From positions 2,336,001 to 2,400,000 of the forward strand of contig OY781945.1 in the NCBI GenBank assembly GCA_963677435.1: 64,000 nt of DNA. The letters are read 5' to 3'. Below are positions 29,356 through 39,055 of the stretch, in pieces; the first letter of the stretch is position 1; every line of letters starts with the position of its first letter. This DNA is from an uncultured Aliarcobacter sp. Its GTDB lineage: Bacteria; Campylobacterota; Campylobacteria; Campylobacterales; Arcobacteraceae. The notes under the pieces are model-generated. The model had not been told where the DNA came from and searched no databases. It worked only from the letters and a program-made list of their open reading frames with translations. Both the position numbers and the translations under genes were made by a program.

Positions 29356-30270
29356 TTATTTTTTAAAATTATTTATCCAATGGTTTGCAATATCAACCCT
29401 TTTACAAAACCAAACATCATCAAATTTTCTTACATATTCCAAAAATCTTCTCATAGCCATAATTTTTCCAGGATGTCCTAAGATTCTACAATGCATGCCA
29501 ATTGACATCATTTTAGGATTTGTTTTACCCTCAGAATATAAAACATCAAAACTATCTTTTAAATAGTTAAAAAATTGATCACTATAAGAAAAACCATTTG
29601 GCAAAAATCTCATATCGTTATTATCCATTGTATAGGGAATTACAAGATGTTGTTTTGTAGTTATTTCAGGAGCAAAATATGGCAAATCATCATTATAAGC
29701 ATCACTGTCATACAAAAATCCACCCTCTTCTACAACTAATTTTCGTGTATTTTCACTATCTCGTCCGGTGTACCAACCAAGTGGTCTTTTACCTATCATT
29801 TTTGTTAGAACTTCTATACTTTTATAAAGATGATCTCGTTCTATTGATTCCTCTATTTTTTGATAATTAATCCATCTATATCCATGAGAGCAGATGTCAT
29901 AATCATTTAAAGCTAAATATTCAGCTAATTTTGGATTTCTAGCAACTGCCATTGCAACTGCAAAAATAGTAACTGGAATATCAAACTCTTTAAAAAGCTC
30001 TAAAATTCTCCATACACCAACCCTTGAACCATACTCGTAAAGTGATTCAATTGATTTATGTCTTTGTCCTACAAAAGCTTCTGGATTTATCATATCAGAT
30101 AAAAAAATTTCAGATGATTTATCTCCATTAAGAATGCAGTTTTCTGCTCCTTCTTCATAATTTAAAACAAATTGTAAAGCAACTTTTGCATTATTTGGCC
30201 ATTTTGGATTTATTGGTTCATTTGCATAACCAATTAAATCTCTTGGGTAATTTTCTATTTCAAAGTTCAT
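29356..30270 (-). CDS. puuE: Metal-independent allantoinase (PuuE/HpxB, polysaccharide-deacetylase fold)
   Basis: YPRDLIGY, FVLNYEEGAE, ESLYEYGSRVG, SHGYRWI, GWYTGR, MMSIGMHCR. Confidence 0.95.
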   Translation of the reverse strand: MNFEIENYPRDLIGYANEPINPKWPNNAKVALQFVLNYEEGAENCILNGDKSSEIFLSDMINPEAFVGQRHKSIESLYEYGSRVGVWRILELFKEFDIPVTIFAVAMAVARNPKLAEYLALNDYDICSHGYRWINYQKIEESIERDHLYKSIEVLTKMIGKRPLGWYTGRDSENTRKLVVEEGGFLYDSDAYNDDLPYFAPEITTKQHLVIPYTMDNNDMRFLPNGFSYSDQFFNYLKDSFDVLYSEGKTNPKMMSIGMHCRILGHPGKIMAMRRFLEYVRKFDDVWFCKRVDIANHWINNFKK

Positions 30271-30956
30271 ATTGTTTCTCTAAAATTTGCAGTTGGAGTT
30301 TTATCTACAATTGTTTTATTAAAATTTAATGCTTCAACACAATGATGTAAATGATGATTCATAATACTTTTTGCATAATCAACATCATTTGATTTAATTG
30401 CCTTTATTAAATCATTATGTTCATCATAAGAACAAAAACAAGAGTTACAATCTTCATAAACTAATCCAGCTAAAATACTTAAAGGAATAAGAGGAGTTAG
30501 GGCATTTATCAAAAATTCATTATCACTTAAAAGTGCAAGATTTAGATGAAAATCGCAAGATGTTTTAACATACTCACCATTTCTAAATGTTGTTTTTAAA
30601 TATTTTTCTGTTTCAACTTCATTTTTTAATACTGATAAATCAATTAATCCTAAGGTATATTTTTGAGTCACTAAAGTAATAATTCCAGCTTCAATAATAT
30701 TTCTAGCTTGATATACTTTTTTTGTATCATCTTCTGTTAGCCATTTAAGATTAAACCCTTGATTCTTTTTATATATAACAATTCCCATACTTTGTAGTTG
30801 ACTAAAAGCTTTTCGTACTGTATCTCGACTTACATCAAATTTTTGTGCAAAAACACTTTCAGATAATTTCATTCCAGGGTGAAATCGTTTATCAAATATT
30901 TCATCAAATATATAATTTATAATCACTTCATCAACTGCTAATTCACTATTATTCAT
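30267..30956 (-). CDS. GntR/FadR-family regulator (FCD domain), likely regulator of allantoin use
   Basis: PGMKLSE..FDVSRDTVRKA HTH; DFHL..EH..HL FCD motif; ATGA-coupled to puuE. Confidence 0.9.
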   Translation of the reverse strand: MNNSELAVDEVIINYIFDEIFDKRFHPGMKLSESVFAQKFDVSRDTVRKAFSQLQSMGIVIYKKNQGFNLKWLTEDDTKKVYQARNIIEAGIITLVTQKYTLGLIDLSVLKNEVETEKYLKTTFRNGEYVKTSCDFHLNLALLSDNEFLINALTPLIPLSILAGLVYEDCNSCFCSYDEHNDLIKAIKSNDVDYAKSIMNHHLHHCVEALNFNKTIVDKTPTANFRETI

Positions 30957-30972
30957 AAATACTCCATCAAAT

Positions 30973-31208
30973 ATGTTCTACAATTATATATTATTGTCTA
31001 CAATTATTTTTCAGTTTTTTTGTACATAAAATATACATTTTTATGAATATTTTAAAATTTTATAATTGTATTAAAAAAATAAATATTTAAATGTTTATTT
31101 TATGTACAGATATTATGTTGACTAAATACAAATCATATCTTAGAATTGTGGAAATGATTGATACACATTATTTACTATTGTAGATAATCGACATAAAGTG
31201 TCAACAAT
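30973..31208. promoter_or_regulatory. Divergent promoter region with GntR-like operators
   Basis: Plus-strand TTGACT (31118), 17 bp, TAGAAT (31141). ATTGTnnACAAT-like sites at 30973, 30993, 31157, 31177 and 31197. Confidence 0.65.
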
Positions 31209-31226
31209 AATTCAAAAGGATAAAAG

Positions 31227-32003
31227 ATGTTAAAGAAATTAGTTAAGGCGTTTACAGTTGGTGCAATTCTTGCTAGTCAGTTTGCATATGCAGGAGATTT
31301 AGATTCTATTAAAGAAGTAAAAACAATAAAAATTGCAGTACCTCAAGACTTTCCTCCATTTGGTTCAGTTAGCAAAGATATGAGTGTTCAAGGTTATGAT
31401 ATTGATATGGCAAATTTTATTGCTAAAAAATTAAATGTTGAACTAAAATTAGTTCCAGTTACAAGTGCAAACAGAATTCCTTATTTACAAACAGGAAAAG
31501 TTGATTTAATTATTTCAAGTTTAGGAAAAAATCCAGAAAGAGAAAAAGCTATTGATTTCTCAAATGCTTATGCACCATTTTTCTTAGGTGTTTTTGGAAG
31601 TAAAGATGTAAGTGTATCAAATGCAGCTGAATTAAGTGGAAAAACAATTGGTGTTACAAGAGGTTCAGTTGAAGATATTGAGTTAAGTAAATTAGTTGAT
31701 TCAAGTGTAACTGTTAAAAGATTTGAAGATAACAACACAACAATTTCTGCTTATATTTCTGGACAAGTTAAATTAATAGCAACGGGAAATGTTATCGTAA
31801 GTGACATTGCAACAAAACATCCAAATAGTGCACCTGAGACTAAATTTGCAATTAAAAACTCTCCTTGTTTTATTGGTATGAAAAAAGATCAAGCAGAATT
31901 AAAACAATTTATTAATGATTTAATTAGTGAATTAAAAGAGAATGGTGAACTTAATAAAACATCATTAAAATGGTTAAAAGCTGATTTACCAAAAGATTTA
32001 TAA
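31227..32003 (+). CDS. Polar-amino-acid-family ABC substrate-binding protein (likely allantoate/ureide importer, HpxF-like)
   Basis: AVPQDFPPFG, GYDIDMA, PVTSANRIPYLQTGKVD, YAPFFLGVFG. Substrate inferred from context and recalled similarity to Klebsiella hpx-cluster ABC proteins. Confidence 0.85.
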   Translation: MLKKLVKAFTVGAILASQFAYAGDLDSIKEVKTIKIAVPQDFPPFGSVSKDMSVQGYDIDMANFIAKKLNVELKLVPVTSANRIPYLQTGKVDLIISSLGKNPEREKAIDFSNAYAPFFLGVFGSKDVSVSNAAELSGKTIGVTRGSVEDIELSKLVDSSVTVKRFEDNNTTISAYISGQVKLIATGNVIVSDIATKHPNSAPETKFAIKNSPCFIGMKKDQAELKQFINDLISELKENGELNKTSLKWLKADLPKDL

Positions 32004-32015
32004 TAAAGGATTTTT

Positions 32016-32684
32016 ATGAATTATCAATTGGATTTTGTAGGATTAGCACCATATTATAAAGAGCTTATAAATGGTGTAATATTAACTATTCAAATCACAG
32101 CAGCTACAACTATATTTGGTGTATTTTTAGGAGTTTTAGGTGCTGCTTCAAGAGTAGGAAAAAATACTTTTTTACAAAATCTTGTTGGAGGTTTTGTAGA
32201 AGTTATTAGAAATACACCTTTTATAGTTCAACTATTTTTTATATTTTTTGGTTTACCAACTCTTGGCTTTAAGTTAACAGCACTTGAAGCTGGGATGATT
32301 GCTATGATTATAAATTTAGGTGCTTATTCAACAGAGATTATACGAGCAGGAGTTGAAGCTACGGACAAAGGTCAATGGGAAGCTGGAAAAACATTAGGAT
32401 TAAAATGGTCACAAATTTTCTTCCATATTATTTTACCCCAAGCTTTTAATAAAATCTCTCCTGCGTTAATTAGTCAATGTATTATAGTTATGTTAGGTTC
32501 ATCTGTTTTATCACAGATTTCTGTTGAAGAGTTAACATTTACGGCTAACTTTATTCAATCAAGAACATTTTTGAGTTTTGAATCTTATTTTGTTGTTACT
32601 TTTATTTATTTAATTCTTGCAGTTTTATTACGGTTTATTCTGACTTTTGCAAGCAAAAAAATATTTAAAATGCATCTAATGTAA
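32016..32684 (+). CDS. Amino acid ABC transporter permease
   Basis: FVEVIRNTPFIVQLFF, AYSTEIIRAG..GQWEAG EAA loop. Confidence 0.93.
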   Translation: MNYQLDFVGLAPYYKELINGVILTIQITAATTIFGVFLGVLGAASRVGKNTFLQNLVGGFVEVIRNTPFIVQLFFIFFGLPTLGFKLTALEAGMIAMIINLGAYSTEIIRAGVEATDKGQWEAGKTLGLKWSQIFFHIILPQAFNKISPALISQCIIVMLGSSVLSQISVEELTFTANFIQSRTFLSFESYFVVTFIYLILAVLLRFILTFASKKIFKMHLM

Positions 32685-32698
32685 AAAAGGATTTTATA

Positions 32699-33349
32699 AT
32701 GGAACAATTTACAAATATGGATATATTTCAAAATCTTTTATTGGCAGCTAGATGGACAATACTATTATCTTTAATTGCATTTATTGGTGGTGGAGTTGTT
32801 GCTGGAATATTAAGTATTTTACGAATGATGAATAATCCAATTATCTCATTTTTTATAAATTTATATGTTGAGATATTTCAAGGTATTCCTTTATTAATGC
32901 AGTTATTCCTAGCTTTTTTTGGTTTGTCATTATTAGGTTTAGATATTGGAGCTTGGGCTGCTGCTTCATTGGCTTTAACACTATTTACAAGTGCATTTTT
33001 ATGCGAAATTTGGAGAGGATGTTTAGATTCTGTTCCAAAAGGACAATGGGAAGCTTGTAAAACAATGGGATTGAACTATTATCAAACAATTTTTCATGTA
33101 ATAATTCCCCAATCAATAAGAGTAGCCACTGCACCAACTGTTGGCTTTTCAGTACAAGTTGTAAAAGGAACAGCCCTAGCTTCAATAATTGGTTTTGTTG
33201 AACTTACAAAAGCTGGAACAATGTTAAATAATGCAACATTTGAACCATTTAAAGTGTTCGCGATGGTTGCTTTATTATATTTTTTAATTTGCTATCCACT
33301 AACAAGATATAGTAAATATTTAGAAAGGAAATTAAATGCCTCTAGTTAG
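32699..33349 (+). CDS. Amino acid ABC transporter permease
   Basis: YVEIFQGIPLLMQLF, EIWRG..VPKGQWEA, KGTALASIIG. Confidence 0.93.
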   Translation: MEQFTNMDIFQNLLLAARWTILLSLIAFIGGGVVAGILSILRMMNNPIISFFINLYVEIFQGIPLLMQLFLAFFGLSLLGLDIGAWAAASLALTLFTSAFLCEIWRGCLDSVPKGQWEACKTMGLNYYQTIFHVIIPQSIRVATAPTVGFSVQVVKGTALASIIGFVELTKAGTMLNNATFEPFKVFAMVALLYFLICYPLTRYSKYLERKLNASS

Positions 33350-34064
33350 TATTGAAAATGTTCATAAATATTATGGAGATAAACATGTCTTAAAAGGCAT
33401 TAATTTAAAAGTTAATGCAGGAGAAGTAATCTCTATTATTGGCAGATCTGGTTCAGGAAAAAGTACGCTTTTAAGATGTATTAATGGTCTTGAAGAACAC
33501 CAAGAGGGAAATGTTTTAGTTGGTAATTTAGAAGTTACAGCAAATGAAGTTCAATTACTAAGACTTAGTAAAATATGTGGAATGATTTTTCAAGGTTTTA
33601 ATCTATATCCACATAAAACAGCAGGTGAAAATGTAATGTTATCTCCAAAATTAGTTTTAAATAAAACTGATAAAGAGTGTAAAGAATTAGCTATGCAATG
33701 TCTTGAAAAAGTTGGAATGGAACAGATGTTTAACCAATATCCAAACAGCTTATCAGGTGGACAAAAACAGCGTGTTGCAATTGCTAGATCACTTGCAATG
33801 TCTCCAAAGATTTTATTGTGTGATGAGATTACATCTGCACTTGATCCAGAACTTGTTGGTGAAGTTTTAAAAGTATTAGAAAATCTTGCTAAAGAGGGAA
33901 TGACACTTATTTTGGTAACACACGAAATGAATTTTGCAAGAGATATTGGGGATAGAGTTGTATTTATGCACCAAGGTAAAGTTTGGGAAACAGGTCCTAG
34001 TGACGAAGTATTTGCAAATCCTAAAACACCAGAACTTCAAAACTTTTTATCTTCTGTTTTATAA
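33336..34064 (+). CDS. Amino acid ABC transporter ATP-binding protein (GlnQ-like)
   Basis: GRSGSGKST, LSGGQKQRVAIAR, DEITSALDPE, VTHEM. Confidence 0.95.
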   Translation: MPLVSIENVHKYYGDKHVLKGINLKVNAGEVISIIGRSGSGKSTLLRCINGLEEHQEGNVLVGNLEVTANEVQLLRLSKICGMIFQGFNLYPHKTAGENVMLSPKLVLNKTDKECKELAMQCLEKVGMEQMFNQYPNSLSGGQKQRVAIARSLAMSPKILLCDEITSALDPELVGEVLKVLENLAKEGMTLILVTHEMNFARDIGDRVVFMHQGKVWETGPSDEVFANPKTPELQNFLSSVL

Positions 34065-34066
34065 TT

Positions 34067-34096
34067 TTATTTTTAGGGAATAATCCCTAAAAATAA
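34067..34096. terminator. Bidirectional terminator hairpin
   Basis: TTATTTTTAGGGA-ATAA-TCCCTAAAAATAA between the convergent ABC ATPase and NCS2 genes. Confidence 0.72.
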
Positions 34097-34117
34097 CTCT
34101 TTTTATATAATTCTTAC

Positions 34118-35410
34118 TTATAAAATAAATGCCAAAGCACTAATAATAGTAATAACAATAATTCCAATATTTAAATCATGGAATTCTCTTTTTGCTAGTT
34201 TGATAATAGTATAAACTAAAAATCCTGCTGATATTCCATTTGTAATAGAAAATGTCAATGGCATTAATATAACAATTAAAAATGATGCTGCACTTGTAGC
34301 TAAATCAGACTCTTTGAAATCTATTTTTCCAAGTTCTGTAAACATTAAAACTCCAACAACAACTAAAACAGGATAAATTGCATTTGAGGGAATTGATTTA
34401 AATAGTGGCAACATAAATAGAGTCGTAACAAAAAACATTGCTGTAAATACAGCTGTTAAACCTGTTCTTCCACCAGCTTCAACTCCTGCTGCACTCTCTA
34501 CAAATGCTGTTGTAGTTGAAACACCTAATAAACTTCCAGCAGTTGTTGCAAGAGCATCAGCTTCAAGAGTTCTTTGTAGTGATTTATCTTCTTTATTATT
34601 TTCTTGGAAAAGATTTGCTCTTGTTCCAACTCCTGTTAAAGTTCCTAAAGTATCAAACATATCTGTGATTAAAAAAGTAATAATTACAGGTAATAAAGAT
34701 AAAGTCATAGCACTAAAAATATCTAATTTAAGGTAAATTGGAGCAATTGAAGCAGGCATTGATAACACTGATTCAGGTAAACTTCCTAATCCAAAAATCC
34801 AAGCCACAATCGAAGTAATTGCGATTGATAAAATAAATGAAGCTTTAACTTTGTAAGCATAAAAGATAAAACAAAGAATAAGTCCTAAAACACCAATAAG
34901 AACATTTGGATTTGAAAAATCACCAAGAGATACTAAAGTAGCTTTATTTGCTACAATCATTCCCATTTGTTTAAGACCAATAAAGGCAATAAAAGCACCA
35001 ATACCAGCACTAATAGCTCGTCTTAAATTCATAGGAATTGAAGTCATCACCCAAACTCTAAACTCAGTTAGTGATAAAATCACAAATAGAATCCCTGATA
35101 AAAATACAATACCTAAAGCTGTTTGCCAAGGAATATTCATTCCTAAAACTAATCCATAAGAAAAGTATGCATTTAATCCCATACCAACACTCATAGCAAT
35201 TGGAGTATTAGACCAAAGTCCTGAAAAAAGTGTTGCTAAAATAGTAATTAATGCAGTTGCAGTAACAACAGCATCCATAGGAAGTCCAGCATCAGAAAGT
35301 ACAAATCCATTTACTGGAACTATATACATCATTGTTAAAAAAGTAGTAAAACCAGCTGAAAACTCAGTCCCTACTTTAGTTCCGCGTTCTTTTAGTTTAA
35401 AAAAACCCAT
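34118..35410 (-). CDS. NCS2/AzgA-like purine permease
   Basis: FFKLKERGT..TEFSAGFTTFLTMMYI, GMGLNAYF, DMFDTLGT, ESAAGVEAGGRTGL. Start moved to ATG 35410 after AAGGA. Confidence 0.93.
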   Translation of the reverse strand: MGFFKLKERGTKVGTEFSAGFTTFLTMMYIVPVNGFVLSDAGLPMDAVVTATALITILATLFSGLWSNTPIAMSVGMGLNAYFSYGLVLGMNIPWQTALGIVFLSGILFVILSLTEFRVWVMTSIPMNLRRAISAGIGAFIAFIGLKQMGMIVANKATLVSLGDFSNPNVLIGVLGLILCFIFYAYKVKASFILSIAITSIVAWIFGLGSLPESVLSMPASIAPIYLKLDIFSAMTLSLLPVIITFLITDMFDTLGTLTGVGTRANLFQENNKEDKSLQRTLEADALATTAGSLLGVSTTTAFVESAAGVEAGGRTGLTAVFTAMFFVTTLFMLPLFKSIPSNAIYPVLVVVGVLMFTELGKIDFKESDLATSAASFLIVILMPLTFSITNGISAGFLVYTIIKLAKREFHDLNIGIIVITIISALAFIL

Positions 35411-35651
35411 CCTTTTATCCTTAAAATCAAATATATTGGAATAGTACATAATTGCATATAGTTTTTGAATACTTTCACCGTATACTATTTGCTCAATTTT
35501 AAAAATAATTTTCAAGAAGAAGTGGATTTTTAATAAAATTTGTAATTATTGTACTATTTATAAATATATTATATACATTGTAAGCATAATATATTATATA
35601 TTTATTATAAAGATTTTGAAAAAAATAAAAATATTAAAATTTATATGAATT

Positions 35652-36404
35652 TTACTGTTTCCCTAAAGAAAACTCTTTTTTATTCATATTTTCTCTATAT
35701 ATTTTCCAAACATTCATAATTTTTGCTTTTAGATTTGACATATTGTTTGAGCTTATTACACCTATGATTATTTTTTTGTTTTGACTAAAGGTGAATGATT
35801 CGAAGTTGTTTTGATGTATTTGTTTTAGGAACTCTTCATTGTTTTTTGTTTTTATATAAAACTTTGCAAATATGAAATTAACACTGCTTTTTCTAGTGAT
35901 ATAATCTTTTAATTCATCACCCAAAATATCAAATTTTTCTATATATTCTAGTTTTTTGTTTTCAAAAAATCTATTTTTTATTTTCATTTTTGAAAAATCA
36001 AAGTTTTCAAAACTTCTTCCACGACTTAAAATATCTGTATAAAAAAAAGTTGAGTTTTCATCGCTTTTTAGATTAAAAAACTGAATATATCGAGAGTCTT
36101 TATATAAAATCAACTCGTCATTTATAAACTCTAAATTTGAGTTGTTTGAAAGTTGTACATCTATTTTATTTATTCCATACTCTTTTTTTGAGGGATAAAT
36201 TTTTGTAGCTGATTCGGTCGTGAGTATCAAGTTTGAATTATCAAGTTTTACAGATGTTCTAAGTCTATCTTTTGGGAAAATTCCCTCACCAATATTTAAT
36301 AACTTTATGTAATTTTCTTGCTCATTAAAATGATAATGTCTTGAGGGAAGTTTCAAACTATCTAATGAAAAAACCTCATCTTTAAAACTAAACTTAATAC
36401 TCAT
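35652..36404 (-). CDS. ureD: Urease accessory protein UreD/UreH
   Basis: LLNIGEGIFPKD, TTESATKIY, LEFINDELILYKDS, DILSRGR motifs. Confidence 0.88.
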   Translation of the reverse strand: MSIKFSFKDEVFSLDSLKLPSRHYHFNEQENYIKLLNIGEGIFPKDRLRTSVKLDNSNLILTTESATKIYPSKKEYGINKIDVQLSNNSNLEFINDELILYKDSRYIQFFNLKSDENSTFFYTDILSRGRSFENFDFSKMKIKNRFFENKKLEYIEKFDILGDELKDYITRKSSVNFIFAKFYIKTKNNEEFLKQIHQNNFESFTFSQNKKIIIGVISSNNMSNLKAKIMNVWKIYRENMNKKEFSLGKQ

Positions 36405-36578
36405 TTTTCTCCTAAAAATCCTGCTTTAATCCATAAATATTTTATCCAAAAAATCATAGATTACTTTTTTTTCACCTGTATAAATTATATATAGAATTTA
36501 GTCTTTGATTTTTAATTTATGAAAGAATAATAACACTAAATCAACAATTGAGTAAATCTTTATTAGGTTTTTTATATG

Positions 36579-36604
36579 CATTCCCAACGGGAACGTGGGG
36601 AATG
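36579..36604. repeat. REP-like palindrome copy 1
   Basis: CATTCCCAAC-GGGAAC-GTGGGGAATG; GC-rich in an AT-rich intergenic region. Confidence 0.6.
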
Positions 36605-36620
36605 AGGAAAAAATTTTTTA

Positions 36621-37010
36621 TTATACATCCACTTCAATAATTTCATGACCGTATGAATTATCGATAGAGCATAACCATACACCATCTTCATCCTTAGTAA
36701 AAATGTAAGTAGCTTTACGAGTTACTTCTGACATGTTTGAAGAAGATATTACTGTATTTGCTAGCACTAGAGCTGTATTCCCACTTTCAAGTACCTCAAT
36801 CCCTTTTTGACTAACATGTAAACCATTTCTAAAATAAACTGCGATGGCTTCAAATGCTTTTCTAATAGCATCTTTACCTACAGCATTTTTTCCTGGTTCA
36901 ACAACTAGCACTGCATCCTCAGTATATATGTCAAGAAGAGTATCAAAATCTTCTTCAACAATTGCTCTATCTGCTTTTTCAATCTGTTTAATTACTGCAT
37001 GCTGTTTCAA
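36621..37010 (-). CDS. SnoaL/NTF2-like (YybH/DUF4440) protein
   Basis: DFDTLLDIYTEDAVL..G..AVGKDAIRKAF...W...IDN pattern. Confidence 0.85.
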   Translation of the reverse strand: MKQHAVIKQIEKADRAIVEEDFDTLLDIYTEDAVLVVEPGKNAVGKDAIRKAFEAIAVYFRNGLHVSQKGIEVLESGNTALVLANTVISSSNMSEVTRKATYIFTKDEDGVWLCSIDNSYGHEIIEVDV

Positions 37011-37013
37011 AAT

Positions 37014-37499
37014 TTACCCCTTTAATATGTTAAAACCTTCACTCAACAATGGAGATTCAAAGTATTGTGTAACATGATTAAATACATCTTCATTGTCAAA
37101 CTGTGCTCTATGTGGTTGTTCCTTTCTTCGTTTAGCAATATGAGCTAAACATTGTTCATCGCTTAAATCAATAAAAATAAGCTCATGATCACATTTAATC
37201 TCATTAAACAGTTGATTAAACCATTCTCTTTGCTTTTTTGTATTTGCAGGAAAATCCATAACTACATTTGTACCTGTATTTAAAATTAATTGCACATGCG
37301 ATTTTATAAAAGGCTTTATAAGTGCAGAAAACTTTATGAAGTCATCAAAAGAGTTTATTTGATTAGGATAATGGGCTGCAAGCCAATCATCTTCTGACAA
37401 AAGTACTGCATTCTTTTCAATTGATATAATTTTTGATTTTGTGCTTTTTCCAGCTCCCATCTTCCCACAAAAAAAAGTAAGCGTTCCTTTTTGCATCAT
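37014..37499 (-). CDS. P-loop kinase-like (AAA_33) protein
   Basis: FFCGKMGAGKST Walker A, LSEDDW, VVMDF, LAHIAKR lid. Confidence 0.85.
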   Translation of the reverse strand: MMQKGTLTFFCGKMGAGKSTKSKIISIEKNAVLLSEDDWLAAHYPNQINSFDDFIKFSALIKPFIKSHVQLILNTGTNVVMDFPANTKKQREWFNQLFNEIKCDHELIFIDLSDEQCLAHIAKRRKEQPHRAQFDNEDVFNHVTQYFESPLLSEGFNILKG

Positions 37500-37566
37500 A
37501 ATATTCCTTTTTGTATAACTATTAATTCAACATGAATTATATACAAATTAGCCTGATAATTAATAA

Positions 37567-38265
37567 CTAAACCGACATATACTTCCGAATAATCTCATCA
37601 CTGAGCATTGCTATTTCGCCATTTGCAACAACACTTCCCCTATCTATTACATAAAAATCATCTCCATGTCGTCTTGCAAATGGTAGTTTTTGCTCTACTA
37701 GCAATACTGTGATTTGTTCTTCTTTTGTTAGATAATCTATTACTTCTCCGATTTGAGCTACGATATTTGGTTGGATTCCTTCACTTGGTTCATCTAGGAT
37801 TAAAAAGTTTGGGTCAATACATAATGCTCTTCCTATTGCCAACTGTTGTTGTTGTCCTCCACTTAAATCTCCGCCTTTTCTATTTGCCATGTCTTTTAAA
37901 ACTGGGAAAAGCTCATAGATTTTATCTGGGATTTTTGTGATTTTATTTCTATTTGACATCACTCCAATTTCTAGATTTTCTTTTACTGTTAATTGTGAAA
38001 AAATCTCTCTTCCTTGGGGAACATAACCAATAGCAATAGAAGCTCTTTGATAATCTGAAAGTTTTGAAATATCTTTTCCTTCATAGATTAATTTTCCATC
38101 TTTAATAGGAAGTAATCCCATGATTACTTTACTGATAGTTGTTTTCCCAACTCCATTTCTTCCCATAAGGCAAGTACATCTTCCTTTTTTTATCTCTAAA
38201 TCCAAATCCCACAAAGTGTGACTTTGTCCGTAAAATTGGTTTATTTTTTCTAGTTTTAACATCAT
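37567..38265 (-). CDS. urtE: Urea ABC transporter ATP-binding protein UrtE
   Basis: YGQSHTL, GRNGVGKTT, VPQGREIF, LSGGQQQQLAIGRAL, DEPSEGIQP. Confidence 0.95.
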   Translation of the reverse strand: MMLKLEKINQFYGQSHTLWDLDLEIKKGRCTCLMGRNGVGKTTISKVIMGLLPIKDGKLIYEGKDISKLSDYQRASIAIGYVPQGREIFSQLTVKENLEIGVMSNRNKITKIPDKIYELFPVLKDMANRKGGDLSGGQQQQLAIGRALCIDPNFLILDEPSEGIQPNIVAQIGEVIDYLTKEEQITVLLVEQKLPFARRHGDDFYVIDRGSVVANGEIAMLSDEIIRKYMSV

Positions 38266-39053
38266 TATTCCCCTAGGTAAACTTTTCGTACTTTCTCATT
38301 ATTCTGAATGGCATCCATACTTCCCTCAGCCAAAACCGAACCCTCATGTAAAACCGTCACTTTTTTTGCGATACTTCTTATAAATTCCATATCATGTTCT
38401 ACCACTACAACTGCATTTTCTTTTGCAAGACTTGTCAAAATCTCTGCTGTTTTTTCCACCTCTTGTGGTGTCATTCCTGCAACTGGTTCATCCACAAGTA
38501 GAAGTTTTGGTTCTTGCATGATTAACATTCCAATTTCTAGCCATTGCTTTTGACCGTGTGATAAAATTCCTGCTTCTTGTTTATACAGCTCTTTTAGACC
38601 TATTAGTTTCATTGTTTCTTCGATTTTATCTTTTTGCTCGCTACTTAATTTTGAAAAAAGTGTTTTGAAAAATCTTTTATCATCTTTCATTGCAAGTTCT
38701 AGATTTTCAAAAACCGTGTGGTTTTGAAAAACTGTTGGTTTTTGAAACTTTCGTCCTATTCCAATTTGTGCAATTGCTGGTTCATCCATACTTAATAAAT
38801 CAACTGAATGTCCAAAAATCACAGTTCCAGAATCGGGTCTTGTTTTTCCAGTTACCACATCCATCATTGTAGATTTTCCAGCTCCATTTGCTCCAATAAT
38901 ACATCTTAATTCACCATAATCAATAGAAAAACTTAGATTATTTAAAGCCTTAAATCCATCAAAACTAACACTTACACCATCAACAAGAAGTATTCTACTT
39001 CCAATTTTTAGCTCACCAATATCAGTTTCATTATCTCTTTTTAATCTTTCCAT
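38265..39053 (-). CDS. urtD: Urea ABC transporter ATP-binding protein UrtD
   Basis: VSFDGFKAL, GANGAGKST, GRKFQKP, LSHGQKQWLEIGM. Confidence 0.95.
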   Translation of the reverse strand: MERLKRDNETDIGELKIGSRILLVDGVSVSFDGFKALNNLSFSIDYGELRCIIGANGAGKSTMMDVVTGKTRPDSGTVIFGHSVDLLSMDEPAIAQIGIGRKFQKPTVFQNHTVFENLELAMKDDKRFFKTLFSKLSSEQKDKIEETMKLIGLKELYKQEAGILSHGQKQWLEIGMLIMQEPKLLLVDEPVAGMTPQEVEKTAEILTSLAKENAVVVVEHDMEFIRSIAKKVTVLHEGSVLAEGSMDAIQNNEKVRKVYLGE

Positions 39054-39055
39054 TT

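Noticed and set aside
35411..35650. Purine riboswitch upstream of the NCS2 permease
   Set aside because: The region is extremely AT-rich and lacks the conserved aptamer core sequences.
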